Below are positions 12,901 to 24,643 of a stretch of DNA of 64,000 nucleotides, piece by piece (the first letter of the stretch is position 1; each line of letters opens with the position of its first letter). Under the pieces are notes generated by a model. That model made no database searches, was not told the DNA's origin, and was given only the letters and a program-made list of their open reading frames with translations. Origin of the DNA: Thraustochytrium aureum (lineage: Eukaryota). The position numbers and the translations under genes were made by a program. The stretch lies in NCBI GenBank assembly GCA_012862495.1, contig BLSG01000090.1, forward strand, positions 120,846 through 184,845, written 5' to 3'.

Positions 12901-14642
12901 CCGTGCCAAGTGTCGTCTCGTTGCCACTAATCGTCAGAATGGCAACACTGTCGTTGCTAAAATCCGCAGCACCGCCCTTGCGACGCTTGAGTTCTGCGGC
13001 AGTGCGCCTCAGGCGCTTTGCTAGGAAGGGGTCGTTCATCACATCCTCGGCGTATACGGCGTACAGCAGGAGGGCTCTGTGCGAGCTCTGGCTAACGAGA
13101 ATGAGCTGGTCAAGGTGCGTTTTGGCCAGCGTGGTGTATTGGTAGATCTTGCTGGCCCCTTTGAAAATCTCATCGGCAGTGTGCTGCGAGGACGCGAGGA
13201 CGGCCCACATATCCTGCACACAGCGGATGCTCTCGAGGATGGACGCCTCGGCCTTTTGACGGTGGTGCGTAAACGTCACGTAGTTGAGAGCCCCACTCGC
13301 TCCACTTGTGCGCTCTTGCTGGCGCTTGAGGAACTGAAAGATGAAGAAGCTGTGGTCCACCTGGCGACCTGGCATCGTGCTCGCTCGGCGCATGTACTGG
13401 CCGGCCAGGAGCGAGTTGCCTCCGCAATGGTCAAACATGTTGGCCAGGTGGATGTTCAGCATCGGGTTCTTGTGGAAGTGCTTTTCGACGATTTTGCGGT
13501 ACTCTGCGTTCACCTTTGGCCACGTTGTCGTCGACGGTTTGAAGCGGTAGCGGAGCACAAGCTCGGCCTTGAACGGCGACATGCGCGGATGCGGCTCCTC
13601 GGAGGCAAGGCTCTGCTCGCGCGCCATGACGAGCAGAGTGAGAAAGGCCATAAACACTGGCCCGCCAAGCAAGAAGGAGATCATCGCACCCCGGTCCGTC
13701 GAATCTCCGACGAACTCGGCCACGGTGAGGCAGATCCCGCTCCACATGAAAAGCCCGTTCGTGCAGACAAACAGCCGGTTCATTTCTCTTCGATGGAACG
13801 GCATGTAGCGCAGGTACGCGCCGGTTATCACAGCCCCGCTTAGTGCCACCGAGGGAACCAGGAGCACGGAGTTGCCGTCGTCGACGACGGCGAAGACCAT
13901 ACTCAGCAAAGTCTGCACAAAGAGGGAAAGGCACTCGACTCGTCCATGTACTTGTGCGAGAGCGTGCGTGCTGTTCGGGTTGTCTGTCACGAAAACCAGG
14001 GCGACCAGCATGTTGAATAGCTCGAAAATCGCGAGCCCGATGCCAACGCCCACGGCAAGCGCGATCCGGCCGCCGGTCCCGCAAGGGAGGGATGCGTCAG
14101 CCATTGAGACGTCGCAACTAAACGCTCCAAAGAGGATCGACAAGATCGGCAGGTGGAGAACGGTGGTCATCAGGCGCATGGTGGTCTGGAGGATTGGGAG
14201 GACCCAGAGGTGCTTGACTGTCCCCGTCGTCCAGAACTGGTGCCCGATCCACGTCGACATGGCGGCGGTGGTCCCTACAAGGGCCAGGCTGATGAAGGTG
14301 GCAATCGTCGGGACGGCGCCCTCAATGTCGTTGATGAACTCGAAGGTGAGTATTTCGAGCTTGGGGCGGAGCCAGTCGGCAAAGTCGGCATTCCACTTGA
14401 ACGACAAGCTCTTGAAGGCGAAGCTGATGAGTTGCAGCGTGCTGACGACGGCAACGATGTAAGGCGCCGGTGACGGACATGTTGGCGTCCTTGGCCATCA
14501 GGTAGAGGAGCATGAATGTTGTGTTTTTCAGCTTTGCACGGATGGATTTTTTCTGGCTGTTGTTATCGACGCGTTCGCCCTCGCCCTCGCCCTCGCCCTC
14601 GTCCTGGAGGCCCAGCAAGCCAAGGACCTTTTCATGATGCAT
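9928..14642 (-). CDS. TmcB/TmcC-like multi-pass membrane protein with PAS domain; frameshifts near 14460, 11160 and 10850
   Basis: N-terminal multi-TM block (HGRVE motif), helical TPR-like region (LLYAVYAEDVMND), PAS (RLFGFKKATLVGRNVDFLCPPPFSRMH...ARHKGGYVIPV), then two TM-extracellular-TM units, ending LLMLPPEVFKTIPEMRRLIEE*. This is the architecture of Dictyostelium tiny-macrocyst proteins. Confidence 0.75.
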
Positions 14643-16235
14643 TTGCGCGACTGCGTGTTCGCGACAAGGCGCCACAGCGCGGCCGTCGCTCCTCTGGGCC
14701 CGCCTGACGCGCGCTGACGCGCGCCAAGTGTTGAGCAAGAGCGATCTGAAGTTGGTCTCCGGATGGTTTGGTCGAAGAGCGCTCACTTCGGCGTCTGTCA
14801 GTGTCGGTGTCGAACAACCACTTCGGTGTTTTGATTGCTTTTTNNNNNNNNNNNNNNNNNNNNNNNNNNNNNNNNNNNNNNNNNNNNNNNNNNNNNNNNN
14901 NNNNNNNNNNNNNNNNNNNNNNNNNNNNNNNNNNNNNNNNNNNNNNNNNNNNNNNNNNNNNNNNNNNNNNNNNNNNNNNNNNNNNNNNNNNNNNNNNNNN
15001 NNNNNNNNNNNNNNNNNNNNNNNNNNNNNNNNNNNNNNNNNNNNNNNNNNNNNNNNNNNNNNNNNNNNNNNNNNNNNNNNNNNNNNNNNNNNNNNNNNNN
15101 NNNNNNNNNNNNNNNNNNNNNNNNNNNNNNNNNNNNNNNNNNNNNNNNNNNNNNNNNNNNNNNNNNNNNNNNNNNNNNNNNNNNNNNNNNNNNNNNNNNN
15201 NNNNNNNNNNNNNNNNNNNNNNNNNNNNNNNNNNNNNNNNNNNNNNNNNNNNNNNNNNNNNNNNNNNNNNNNNNNNNNNNNNNNNNNNNNNNNNNNNNNN
15301 NNNNNNNNNNNNNNNNNNNNNNNNNNNNNNNNNNNNNNNNNNNNNNNNNNNNNNNNNNNNNNNNNNNNNNNNNNNNNNNNNNNNNNNNNNNNNNNNNNNN
15401 NNNNNNNNNNNNNNNNNNNNNNNNNNNNNNNNNNNNNNNNNNNNNNNNNNNNNNNNNNNNNNNNNNNNNNNNNNNNNNNNNNNNNNNNNNNNNNNNNNNN
15501 NNNNNNNNNNNNNNNNNNNNNNNNNNNNNNNNNNNNNNNNNNNNNNNNNNNNNNNNNNNNNNNNNNNNNNNNNNNNNNNNNNNNNNNNNNNNNNNNNNNN
15601 NNNNNNNNNNNNNNNNNNNNNNNNNNNNNNNNNNNNNNNNNNNNNNNNNNNNNNNNNNNNCGTTGGGCGGCGCAGCGAAAACGGCGCGCTTCGAGTCGAC
15701 GTGCCGCCTTTTCAAAGGACGGTGAGCTGATACCGGTCCGCATCGATACTTTCCTCGTGAAAGGCGGCGTGTGGCGCGCCATAGCCTGGCCCCAAACGTC
15801 GGATTGCAGACGGGAGTGGGCTGGTCAGCACGCGCGCTACGAGTAGACTCTATTGCCCTTGAGGTGGTTGCGAGAACCGTGGAAGCAAGCGAACCTCCAG
15901 CCCCCTTTGCCGTCTCTTCGGTGCATACTCTCACTTCGACTCCGCCGCCAGTCCACGCGGCTAGTAGAGGGTAGATTGAACGAGTATCTCTAGGCCAAGC
16001 GTTTCGAGAAAAGCCTTGCAGTCACCGTTCCGTCTCTTGCCCACACGGCCAGGCCAGAACACAGACCGCGTCGTATCGCGCGCGCGCGCTGTCAGCTAGG
16101 AGACTGAGCGCCGCCTGCCCATCCTACATTCGGGGCGCTGGTTGCACAAACGCAAGAAGCAGCCCGGCGCTTGCCAACCCTTGCTCGCTCGTTGGGCAAA
16201 CGTCGACGCTGTGCCTTGCCGCCCCTCAACGCAAC

Positions 16236-19197
16236 ATGTACAGCAGCGTCAAAAAAGGCATCTCGCGCGTCAGGGTCTCACTCGGGTCTGCGAGTAGCCT
16301 CGCCAAGTCCAAGAGCTCGGCTGGTGACCGATCTGCTGACGAGCTCGAAGGGGAACGCCTCGCGCTTTGCGAGGAACCGCACCAAAACGACGAGCGGCTC
16401 GAGCTACCCCCACCGCTTGTGAGCGCAAGGGACGCTGTCGACGAATGCACGTTTGGCGTGCCGCGCGTCACGGTCGTGGACAACACAAAGTCGCAATGTG
16501 ATTTCGCGGAGGCCGTGTTCGAAGTCCTATCAGACAGTGACCTTGGGCTTGACTTGCCCAACCAGGTGAAGCCGCAACCTATCCCAAGTGGAGCGAGCGA
16601 TTCTCCAAAGGGCGCTGGACCAGAGCACAGATGTTGCCCCGAAGCCTCTCCACAAACCGCACCGTGCACGGTCACACCATCGCCAACGGTGCTGGCGTTT
16701 GTTCAACAGCTGTCGAAGAAACTGGGGCATGGGTCGTTCAAGCAAAAGGCAAAGAAGACCAGTTCAACCCAATCGGACGAGCGCGGGCGCGTCGTTGCGG
16801 AGATGCTCTCCAGCGAAGAGTCTTTTCGTGGGTTTCTCAACGCGCTGCGGTCGGTATATGCGGTGCGCCTCAAGAAAGAGCTCTCCGCAGAGCAGCACAA
16901 GCTCTGCTTTAGCAGCATCGAGCAACTTGCAGCGTTCTCAGACACGTTCATTGGGGAGCTCGAAGCAACGATTTCCAGCTCGGAGTCTTTGGGCGACGCC
17001 TGTGTTGGCGACTTGTACTGCAGGTTCTCGCCCTTTTTCAAAATGTACAAGGCCTACTCGAGCACACACTGCCAGATCGCGGAGCTGATTGAGGAGCTCT
17101 GCAAGCGCAAGGCAGCTTTCCGTCGGACGTGCGACGAGTGCAAGGTAAGTTGTGCGGCGGCGCTCCTGTTGAAGAAAAAACGGAGAGTACCTCGTTGGCT
17201 GGCTGCTTGAAAACCGGCCGAATCACGGCGTCGCAGGACCCCGTAGCTGACAGCGAGCGGGCCTAAAGAGCGAGGCCGTATGCAAGGGGCAGACGCTCCA
17301 GAGCATCTTGATAATGCCTATCCAGCGCATCCCACGCCACCTCCTCCTCATCAGAGAGCTTCTGAAGCAAACCCCCGAAGGGCACCCTGACCTCGAGCGG
17401 CTCAAAGACGCCCGGAATGCGCTGGAGGAGATTGCGCAGAGTATGAACCAGGAGATTGGCGACACCGAAAACAGCCACAAGATCCTCGAGATCCAGCAGA
17501 GCATGACGCCGCGCCCCGAACTTTTCAAGACCGGGCGGGTCTTTATCCGGTCCGGAGCACTCAAGAAACGAGGCGACCACGGCGGGCTTCAGGAACTCGT
17601 GTTCTTTCTTTTCAGCGACTGCCTCGTCTATGCCAAGCCGACGTCGCTTGGAATGGGCGGGGCCAAGCTGCAGTTTCGCAGGATGATTCAGGTCGCCCGA
17701 GTAAACGTGGTCGCTGCGGCCCGCGCAAGACTAATGCAGGAGCTTGAAGAGGGCGACGACGTTCCGGAGGATGCGATCGAGTCTGTTGCCCAGCTCGAGA
17801 TTACACCCCAAGAGGGCTCTGCAAAGGGTTCGAGCAAGGCGGGTGACGATGGCCTCGTCCTCCACACCGGCCTCGAAACGCCGCGAAGTGGCCGGGATGA
17901 CATCGGGAAGCGGGCGTCTGTCAACTCGTTTTCTTCAAGCTCGGCTGCGAGCACGTCTGGGGCGAGCGAGACCGTCTCTGTGGCATCGCCGATTCCTTCG
18001 TCCTCCTCGAGCTTGCCAAGTGTTGGACGCAGTGGCGCTTCTGCGACTGGCGCTGGTACTGGTGCGGCAAGCGGGATCGCGTCATCGATGGTGTCGAGGC
18101 TCGCTAACAGTGCTGCGAAGCGAGAGGAGTTGCTCTTTCCCTTTCAGGTGCACGGGACCAAAACGATCTTGCTCTTCGCGTCCAGCGAAGCGGAGAGGCA
18201 ATCCTGGGTGACGGACTTGGAACTCAACTCGGACCCAAACATTGAGACGGACCTCGAGGCAATCGAAAGAGAGCGCGAGGAGTCTCGAAAGCGCATTTTG
18301 GCGGAAGCCCAAGAGAAAATGAGGACTGTCCGGGTTTCCGACCCGGTTCGCACGCGGGCGGCCACTGCGTGGTTTCGCCTCAACGAAGTCAGCGCGCGGC
18401 AGAAGCACAAAGGAGCTCCAGAGATCCAGCTCAAGTTCCAAGTGAGCAGGACCGGTTCCAATTTGTGCCAAACTGGGCCAGTCAAGCCGCTTTCGGTCTT
18501 GTCGCTGACGGTGGCCATCCTGTGCGGGAGGGGCATCACTGGCGAGCTAGCTTTGGGCGGGAAGGCGTTTCACGGCGTATACTGCGTCCTCACGTTTGGA
18601 AAGGTGGTGCACCGGACCAAGGCCTTTTCAATGCAGGACGAGGATCCCACGTGGATGGAGGAGTTTCGCAACCTCGAGTTCATTGCGGGGCTGTTCTCTT
18701 CGATGCAAATTAAGGTCAAGCAAGCGCTGCACGCCAAGCCGCGGAGTCGGGACCCTTGCATCGGCATCATAGATGTTCGCTTGCAAGACATTCTTGCCTA
18801 CACGGGAATCGAGATTGCCAATCCAGACTGCCAGATCTCTGACATTTTCTCCAAGGATCGCACCAACAATCGCGCTGTCCAGAAGAAGATAGCGCGGATG
18901 AAGCAGCCGAAAGGGCTACAAGTCTCCTCTGCGGCGTTCCTGGACGACTACAAGGTGTGCCAGATCCGTCCGGAAACGGAGACGCTGCCACTGTCTTGCA
19001 AGCCACTTCCATGTGTGCCGCAGCCGAGCCAGTTCGAGCCCGCGAAGGCTGATCGACGAAAAAGCTTTCAAATGTTGGCGTCGCGCCCTCTGCCCACCCC
19101 GCCAAGCGAGGTCAGCCAAAAGGCAAGCTCGCCGATGGGACGCGTCGCGCTTCCGTCACTGTGCTCTAGCCCCAACGCGCCAACTTCGGCGGTGTGA
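16236..19197 (+). CDS. Rho guanine-nucleotide exchange factor, DH - split PH - C2; one intron starting at 17145
   Basis: DH motifs VVAEMLSSEESF, FFKMYKAYS, LQSILIMPIQRIPRHLLLIRELLKQTPEGHPD. PH: FFLFSDCLVYAK...ASSEAERQSWV. C2: YCVLTFG...RTK...DPTWMEEF. ORFs 16236-17210 and 17308-19197 are joined by a GT-AG intron. Confidence 0.85.
17145..17268 (+). other. Spliceosomal intron of the RhoGEF gene (acceptor AG at 17253 or 17268)
   Basis: AAG|GTAAGT phase-0 donor, GCTGAC branch-like motif near 17246, in-frame stops inside; both acceptors restore the DH frame. Confidence 0.75.
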
Positions 19198-19373
19198 TGA
19201 AGCAGAGCTGGTACAAAACTGGGACAAAACCGGAAATTATGTTTCGAGGCGTATCGGCTCGGTTTGGACCCCTACTTGGGCCAGTCTGTTGTGGCTTTCC
19301 AGTTGCTCGCTGTTGCGATGTGGAGGGCGCTCGAACTTCGGTAGGCCTGTTGTGCTCTCCCGAGAACCTTTTG

Positions 19374-21667
19374 TTACTCGCCGCGAAGCCGACGGCGAGT
19401 CGTTCCCGAACCTACCGCGCAGAGCGACGCAGAAGCAGCCTGCGGGAAGACTCGCAGCATGCACGAGTGACCAACAGGGGCTGTGGCGACGCCAGCAACA
19501 AAGGCAGTCCAGAGACGGCACTCGAGCGTTGGCTCGCGAAACTCGATTGCAACGCATTCCGCTTGGGCGCTGCAGAGGTCCATGCAGGCTTGCTTGGACG
19601 GAACTGACAGCGGCACTAACGAGTAGTCCGTCCCCAGCTGTCCCACCTCGTCGGCATTGTAGCCAGCGAGACATGCCGTGCTGCTGAGTCCACGGAAGGC
19701 CACGCTGCTAGGTCTAGTAGCCAGGTTCATGCACGAGTAGCTCGGTCGGTTCGCCGTAAAGACGATCGGGGCGACCCAAAGCTCGCAGTGGTTCCAGCCA
19801 GGGTTGTGCTCAAACCCGGTGCAAGCCGGTATTCCAGCACATTCGTCATAGCAGTCGCCCCACGGCAGACGCAGACGGGGCAGAAAATCGGAATTCCACT
19901 CCTCTTTCACTGCGTTTCGGCATGCTTGATCGGCGTTGAAGGACCACTCGGTCTCCAACTTGTGGCTGCAGGTGGTACCCGTACGGGGGGCAGACGCGGG
20001 ATTCAGAGGGACCCGCCAAAGCTTGCAGTCAACTGCGCCAGTTGGTGCGACCGCAAACTCGGCTCCAGTGCAGGATCTCGACGCCGCACAGGCAGCTTCA
20101 CAAGCCGTCAACGTCCCCACCGCCTGAGTCACGAACTGGCTCGGATAGCCAGCGCTCGGGGCGCACGCCGCGTCGTCAGTGCGGCGAAAGCCTCCAGCCG
20201 GGCGCAGCTCCTCGGCAGGGCGCACAAAGCACTCGTCGTTCGGCGATGGCGTCGAGTCCGACGCGAGCTGCTCCCAAAGCGTGCATGAGGCCGTGCGCGG
20301 GTTGAACTGCGCGGTGTTGCACCACGCGTAGTTGTCGCAGCGTTCGATGCAGGTTTCGTAGGTGGCGCAGTACTTGGACTCGCGCGGGGCTGGCTTTGGC
20401 GAGCTCGCGAATGCGCAAGCTTGCCCTGGGCGTTGCAGGTACTGGCTCGTGGCGTGCTCGCACGGCCTCATGCTCCCCACCACGCCAGGCATGCAGCTCG
20501 AGGTAAACGAATTCGGCAACTTGGAGCCTCGATCGACGCATTTGGCTCCGTGGGGGTCGATGTGCTTGACGGCCTGACTTGCGCAGGCCGCCAAGTCGCT
20601 CTTGAAGAAGGTCTGAGCGAGATCCAACAGGCGGAGGTCAGAGCCAAAGCCTTGCGCAAAGAAAGAAGTGCTGAGCGTATTCGCGTGCAGGAGCTCGGCG
20701 TCGCTGTATATGACAGAGCACCCGCTCAGAGGTTGCAGCTCCGCCAGCGCTTGTCGCGTCCGCGCCGAAAAGTCCACCACATCGACGCTGGAGCTGAGCT
20801 GATGAGAGTCGAACTGCGAGGCAACGACGAGGTAGGGGGTCTCGACTTGCCCGAGGCGATATTGGCCGAATGTGTCGGTCCAGGAGTTGAGATTGTTCGC
20901 GAGCCCATTTGCGCTGCCTTGCACAAAATTGGTGAACGCTGCTTTGGCCTGATCTACCAGAAACTGGGTCCCCACGAAATCGCGGACGTCGACGTAGTAC
21001 GGGCTGTCAAGGTAGGCGCGCAGGTTTGTGAGGGAGGAATCGTGCCTTGATGCGGTCCACGTTGATCATGGCCCCGCGCGCGCCAGCGCTGAAGCCGCCA
21101 AAGACGACCTGGTCATCGGCCTGTAGGGCGCCCATCGCGCTTGCGAGCTCCGAAGCAGGGTCTACGAGGTACTCGAACACCCTGTCGATGATCCGCGACC
21201 CCTGGAAGTAGCGAATGCCCTCGCGCATTGACGAACCCGGAAAGGGGTCCTCGCGGTCGCCATACCACGCGTCGGAGGAGCAGTAGTTGAGGTAAACGAT
21301 GTTGAATTTGCCGGCGTCGTTGTTCTTCGTAGTTGACATGACGCCTCCTGCCCACCGAACCAAGTTAGGATTCATCGCACTGGTTGAGCGATAGTCGAGT
21401 GACCTGCTTTCGCATGAGGTCTGGCTGTGGCATTGACCGCCGCCCTCGAGCAGGACCAGCCACTTGCGCTCGTATCCGGGCACGGCAGGTTGGTACCACA
21501 GCACGGGCTGGGTGCCATCGTTGCAGAGCCCTACTCGACCGTCACTGGGAAGCTGGTAGAAAACCATTGGTCCGACAGCGCTCGCAGGCTTGACGCAGGA
21601 CAAGAGGAGGGCCAGGCAAGCTAGGCCGGCGCGCTACCAGGGACGCTGGCTTAGCGTTGGTAGCCAT
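19374..21667 (-). CDS. Secreted pectin-acetylesterase/Notum-family esterase with four PAN/Apple modules (paralog A); frameshifts near 21640 and 21025
   Basis: Signal-like AGLACLALLLSCVKPASA; CNDGT, KWLVLLEGGGQC, YCSSDAWYG, GFSAG nucleophile, SQFD, LLHAN; four C-x3-C-x5-C...C-x-LW modules. Confidence 0.85.
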
Positions 21668-22949
21668 GGTCTGCTGCGTGCGAATCTGCGCTTAGCGGAG
21701 CTCGCTGCGTGTCTCGATCGTGTCGTTGCTGGGTCTCGGACGTCGCTTGGCCGATGCGACGCGGGATTTCGCCTTTGCCCAAGCTCTTGGAGCATAGCGG
21801 CCCATCCAAGTCGGTTGGCTGGGAAAATACCTCCACAGCACTGCATGAGGAGGATGCATCGTCATCACCTCTTCCGCCCTGTTTGACCCAGCGTTGTTCG
21901 AGCCGGCAATGATCTTTCTTGTCTGTGCGAGTGCATGTTGAAACAACGAAATCCGACCATCTCGGCGCGCGTTGCGTCGGCAGGTGGGGCTGGTCGCGTG
22001 CTGTATTCGTACATCCAACGGACGGCGCTTGCATCTCGCGCTTTTCTGTGGTTGCGATCGCTCCGGGGCAGGCTTCGATAGGTAGGAGTGCTTGCGGAGG
22101 CTGAAAGTAAGCGGCAAGCAGCCTGCGGCATGGAGGTACCTCCTCGTGGAGATAGTAGTCTCCACAGCAGCTCGCTCTCCGAGTGCATCGAATGATACCG
22201 GCCTTTATCAGCAAGCTCGCTGCCCGTCCGAGTCGCACGCCGTCTTGCAGCCACCTGGCAGCCAATCATAATACCTTGACAACAATAAAAAGTTGACGGG
22301 CTCTCCTCAATCAGGGAAAGGAACACCACTCCGCGTCCGAGTCCTCCGTGGGACTCGTTGGTCGAGCCAATCGATCCATCATCGCACGTCGCCAACCGCA
22401 AGTCCAAAATGCAAGCGTCGTGGAGCTGAGAACAGTACTCACAGCGGTACTCAGAGTATAAAACGGCGGACTCCTTGATTACAGTCCTCATTGTGGAGTC
22501 NNNNNNNNNNNNNNNNNNNNNNNNNNNNNNNNNNNNNNNNNNNNNNNNNNNNNNNNNNNNNNNNNNNNNNNNNNNNNNNNNNNNNNNNNNNNNNNNNNNN
22601 NNNNNNNNNNNNNNNNNNNNNNNNNNNNNNNNNNNNNNNNNNNNCTTCCCGGAAGGAGCGATCGGAGCCAAGCACCGCGCCCGGCATGCGCTCTTCGCCT
22701 GTGGCCGGAGGTCATGAATGAGGGGGCTCCGTGCGCTTGACCGCAAGTCGGCCAACGTGACGAAGGCCGGCCGACCAGACGCTTCGGCGGTGTGTACTCC
22801 CGATTCGCCTCAGGCGCCGCCCGTGCGGCTCTTGAAGCGGACACAGAGGCCGTTGGTTCTCCTAACCGGATGCATCTTGGATAGCGATGCACGTTTGTCT
22901 CAAGGGGCTTGAGGGAGAAGGGAAAGGCTGAAGACCGCCGAAATCCTGA

Positions 22950-23950
22950 TCACAAAATAACAACAACTCGAAGGCTGCGAACAGCTATTTCTCGTTGTGG
23001 TCGAAGGGCTGCTGTCGAGTCATCGGCTCGTGGACTCTCGTGATCGGCTAGGCGCCGACGGATCATGCCTGGCTTCATGCTGGCCTCGTCCCATGATTTC
23101 TCGAGGTCGCTCTCGCGCGAGCGGCGCTGGCTGAGTGACCGCGCTCTGCTCGCAAGGATTGTTTGAGCGCCAAGGCGCTCTTGCCACAGCAGGGCCCGCC
23201 AGTGCCGGCTCAACGAGGCTGCAGTGGTCGCCGTTGGCTAGATGCGCGTGGCGCCGACTTGGACGCGCGCGCAGCAGCCCGCCGGGCACTGCGCGCTCTG
23301 CGCTAGGAGACCCGACCGCGAAGCCCAGGAGAGGGCGGTGCGGTGCGTTCGTAGGTGCGGCCTTGGAAGCGCCCTGCGACAAGGAGGGTCCTCCTTGCCT
23401 GCGAATTTGGCGACGCCTCAGGTGTGGCGAGTCCGTGGGCGTTGTTGACGGCGCTGACGAAAGAGACCGTGGCCCTGTCGGTATCTGTACCTGATTTCTC
23501 GTTGGCGGCACTTGATTGGAGACAGCGGGGAGGTTTTCTTCGTTGGAACCTTGGTCAGCGTTTGTGCCGGCAGTCCAGTTGGTGGCGACGCATACTGTAT
23601 GCCTGCAGGCCGCCCAGAGAAGGGTGCCTTTGACAGCGTAGTTGTAGAAGATGCTGCTCCTTGTCGGTGACGCTGTGGTGCACCGTGTTCAGTACGGATT
23701 CTGCTCAGCCCCAGTGCACTCGGAGATGTGCGCGCATTTGGTTTTGGCGGGCGTTGAACGGGAGCTTCTCGCTTGGCAGATTGTTCGAGCCGTTCGAGGT
23801 TCCTTGCACGTAGCTGCCCCAGACCGGGCGGCGCCAACGATGACGGGCAGCGTCGTCGAAGGCTGGGCGGCGCCAACGACGACGGAGCCCGCGCTCGGCC
23901 ACGAGTCATGAACATCGCCGAGCCCGTCTCTCGTCCCCAAGCACATCCCT
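22950..23950 (-). pseudogene. Decayed partial copy of the esterase-PAN gene B (PAN3 region, Pro/Thr stalk, cytoplasmic tail)
   Basis: 23690-23840 is close in nucleotide sequence to 26156-26320 (cagtacggattctgctca.ccccagtgcactcgg; gaggttccttgcacgt) with an internal deletion of about 15 nt. Downstream translations LTKVPTKK, APSTTPTDSP and SLSQRRSRESDLE echo the gene B stalk and tail. No esterase domain. Confidence 0.65.
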
Positions 23951-24643
23951 ATCAAACTCAGCTGCGGAGGGCTGCAACCAGAGTGTAGCTATCGCGAGCG
24001 CGAGCAGACCGCAACGTGGCCACGTGCGCCACGTCGGCCAGCGCCCAGGCTGGTGGCCGAGCCGTCCAAGCGCCATCAGGTTTTCCGCACCCACGTTCAC
24101 TCCTTCAGGAAGCGACCTGTTTGCACAGCCGCAAGTGCCGACAGCCACCATGTTGGCGGAGCTGCTGGGGAACAGCGTGCACAGCACTTTCGCAGACCGC
24201 GAGCAAGGACACCACCACGCCATTCAAGGCGGTGCGCATCAAGATCTCCGTTCGTGGACACCAAAACCACAAGTCCGACGCGCGCGCCTGCTTCAAGTTC
24301 TCCAAAGCGAGCCAAAATTTGCGTCCGTCACAGTCAATAGTCAAGATTCCAGTGACCCGCGGGACTTGTCAAGGACCGATTGGGTGCAAGGGAGTCATGA
24401 CTTGGAGAGTCGCTCTTGTGTGCCGTCTGCGTCGACGCAGCCGGCGCGGCGAGGCCTTGCGCATGGGTAACTGATTCGAAAGTCGAGAGTTTGGTTTTCC
24501 ATTGAAGAAACGAGACATGCCCGATTGCAAACGAGACGCGCTTTGCCAGGGGCAAGCAGCCCTAGCTAGCGCGTGATCAAGGAAGCGCAATTGAATTGCC
24601 TGTGCCTCGGGGCAAGTCAGACCCCGCTTCAGAACGCTTCACG

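Noticed and set aside
14322..15934. Long ORFs spanning N-gaps (also 28.1-28.6, 46.5-47.4 and 54.6-55.4 kb)
   Set aside because: Length is an artefact of N read-through; gap content cannot be seen
21865..22755. Cys-containing minus ORF (YRCEYC) as a gene or transposon relic
   Set aside because: No family motif recognised, interrupted by a gap, no terminal repeats
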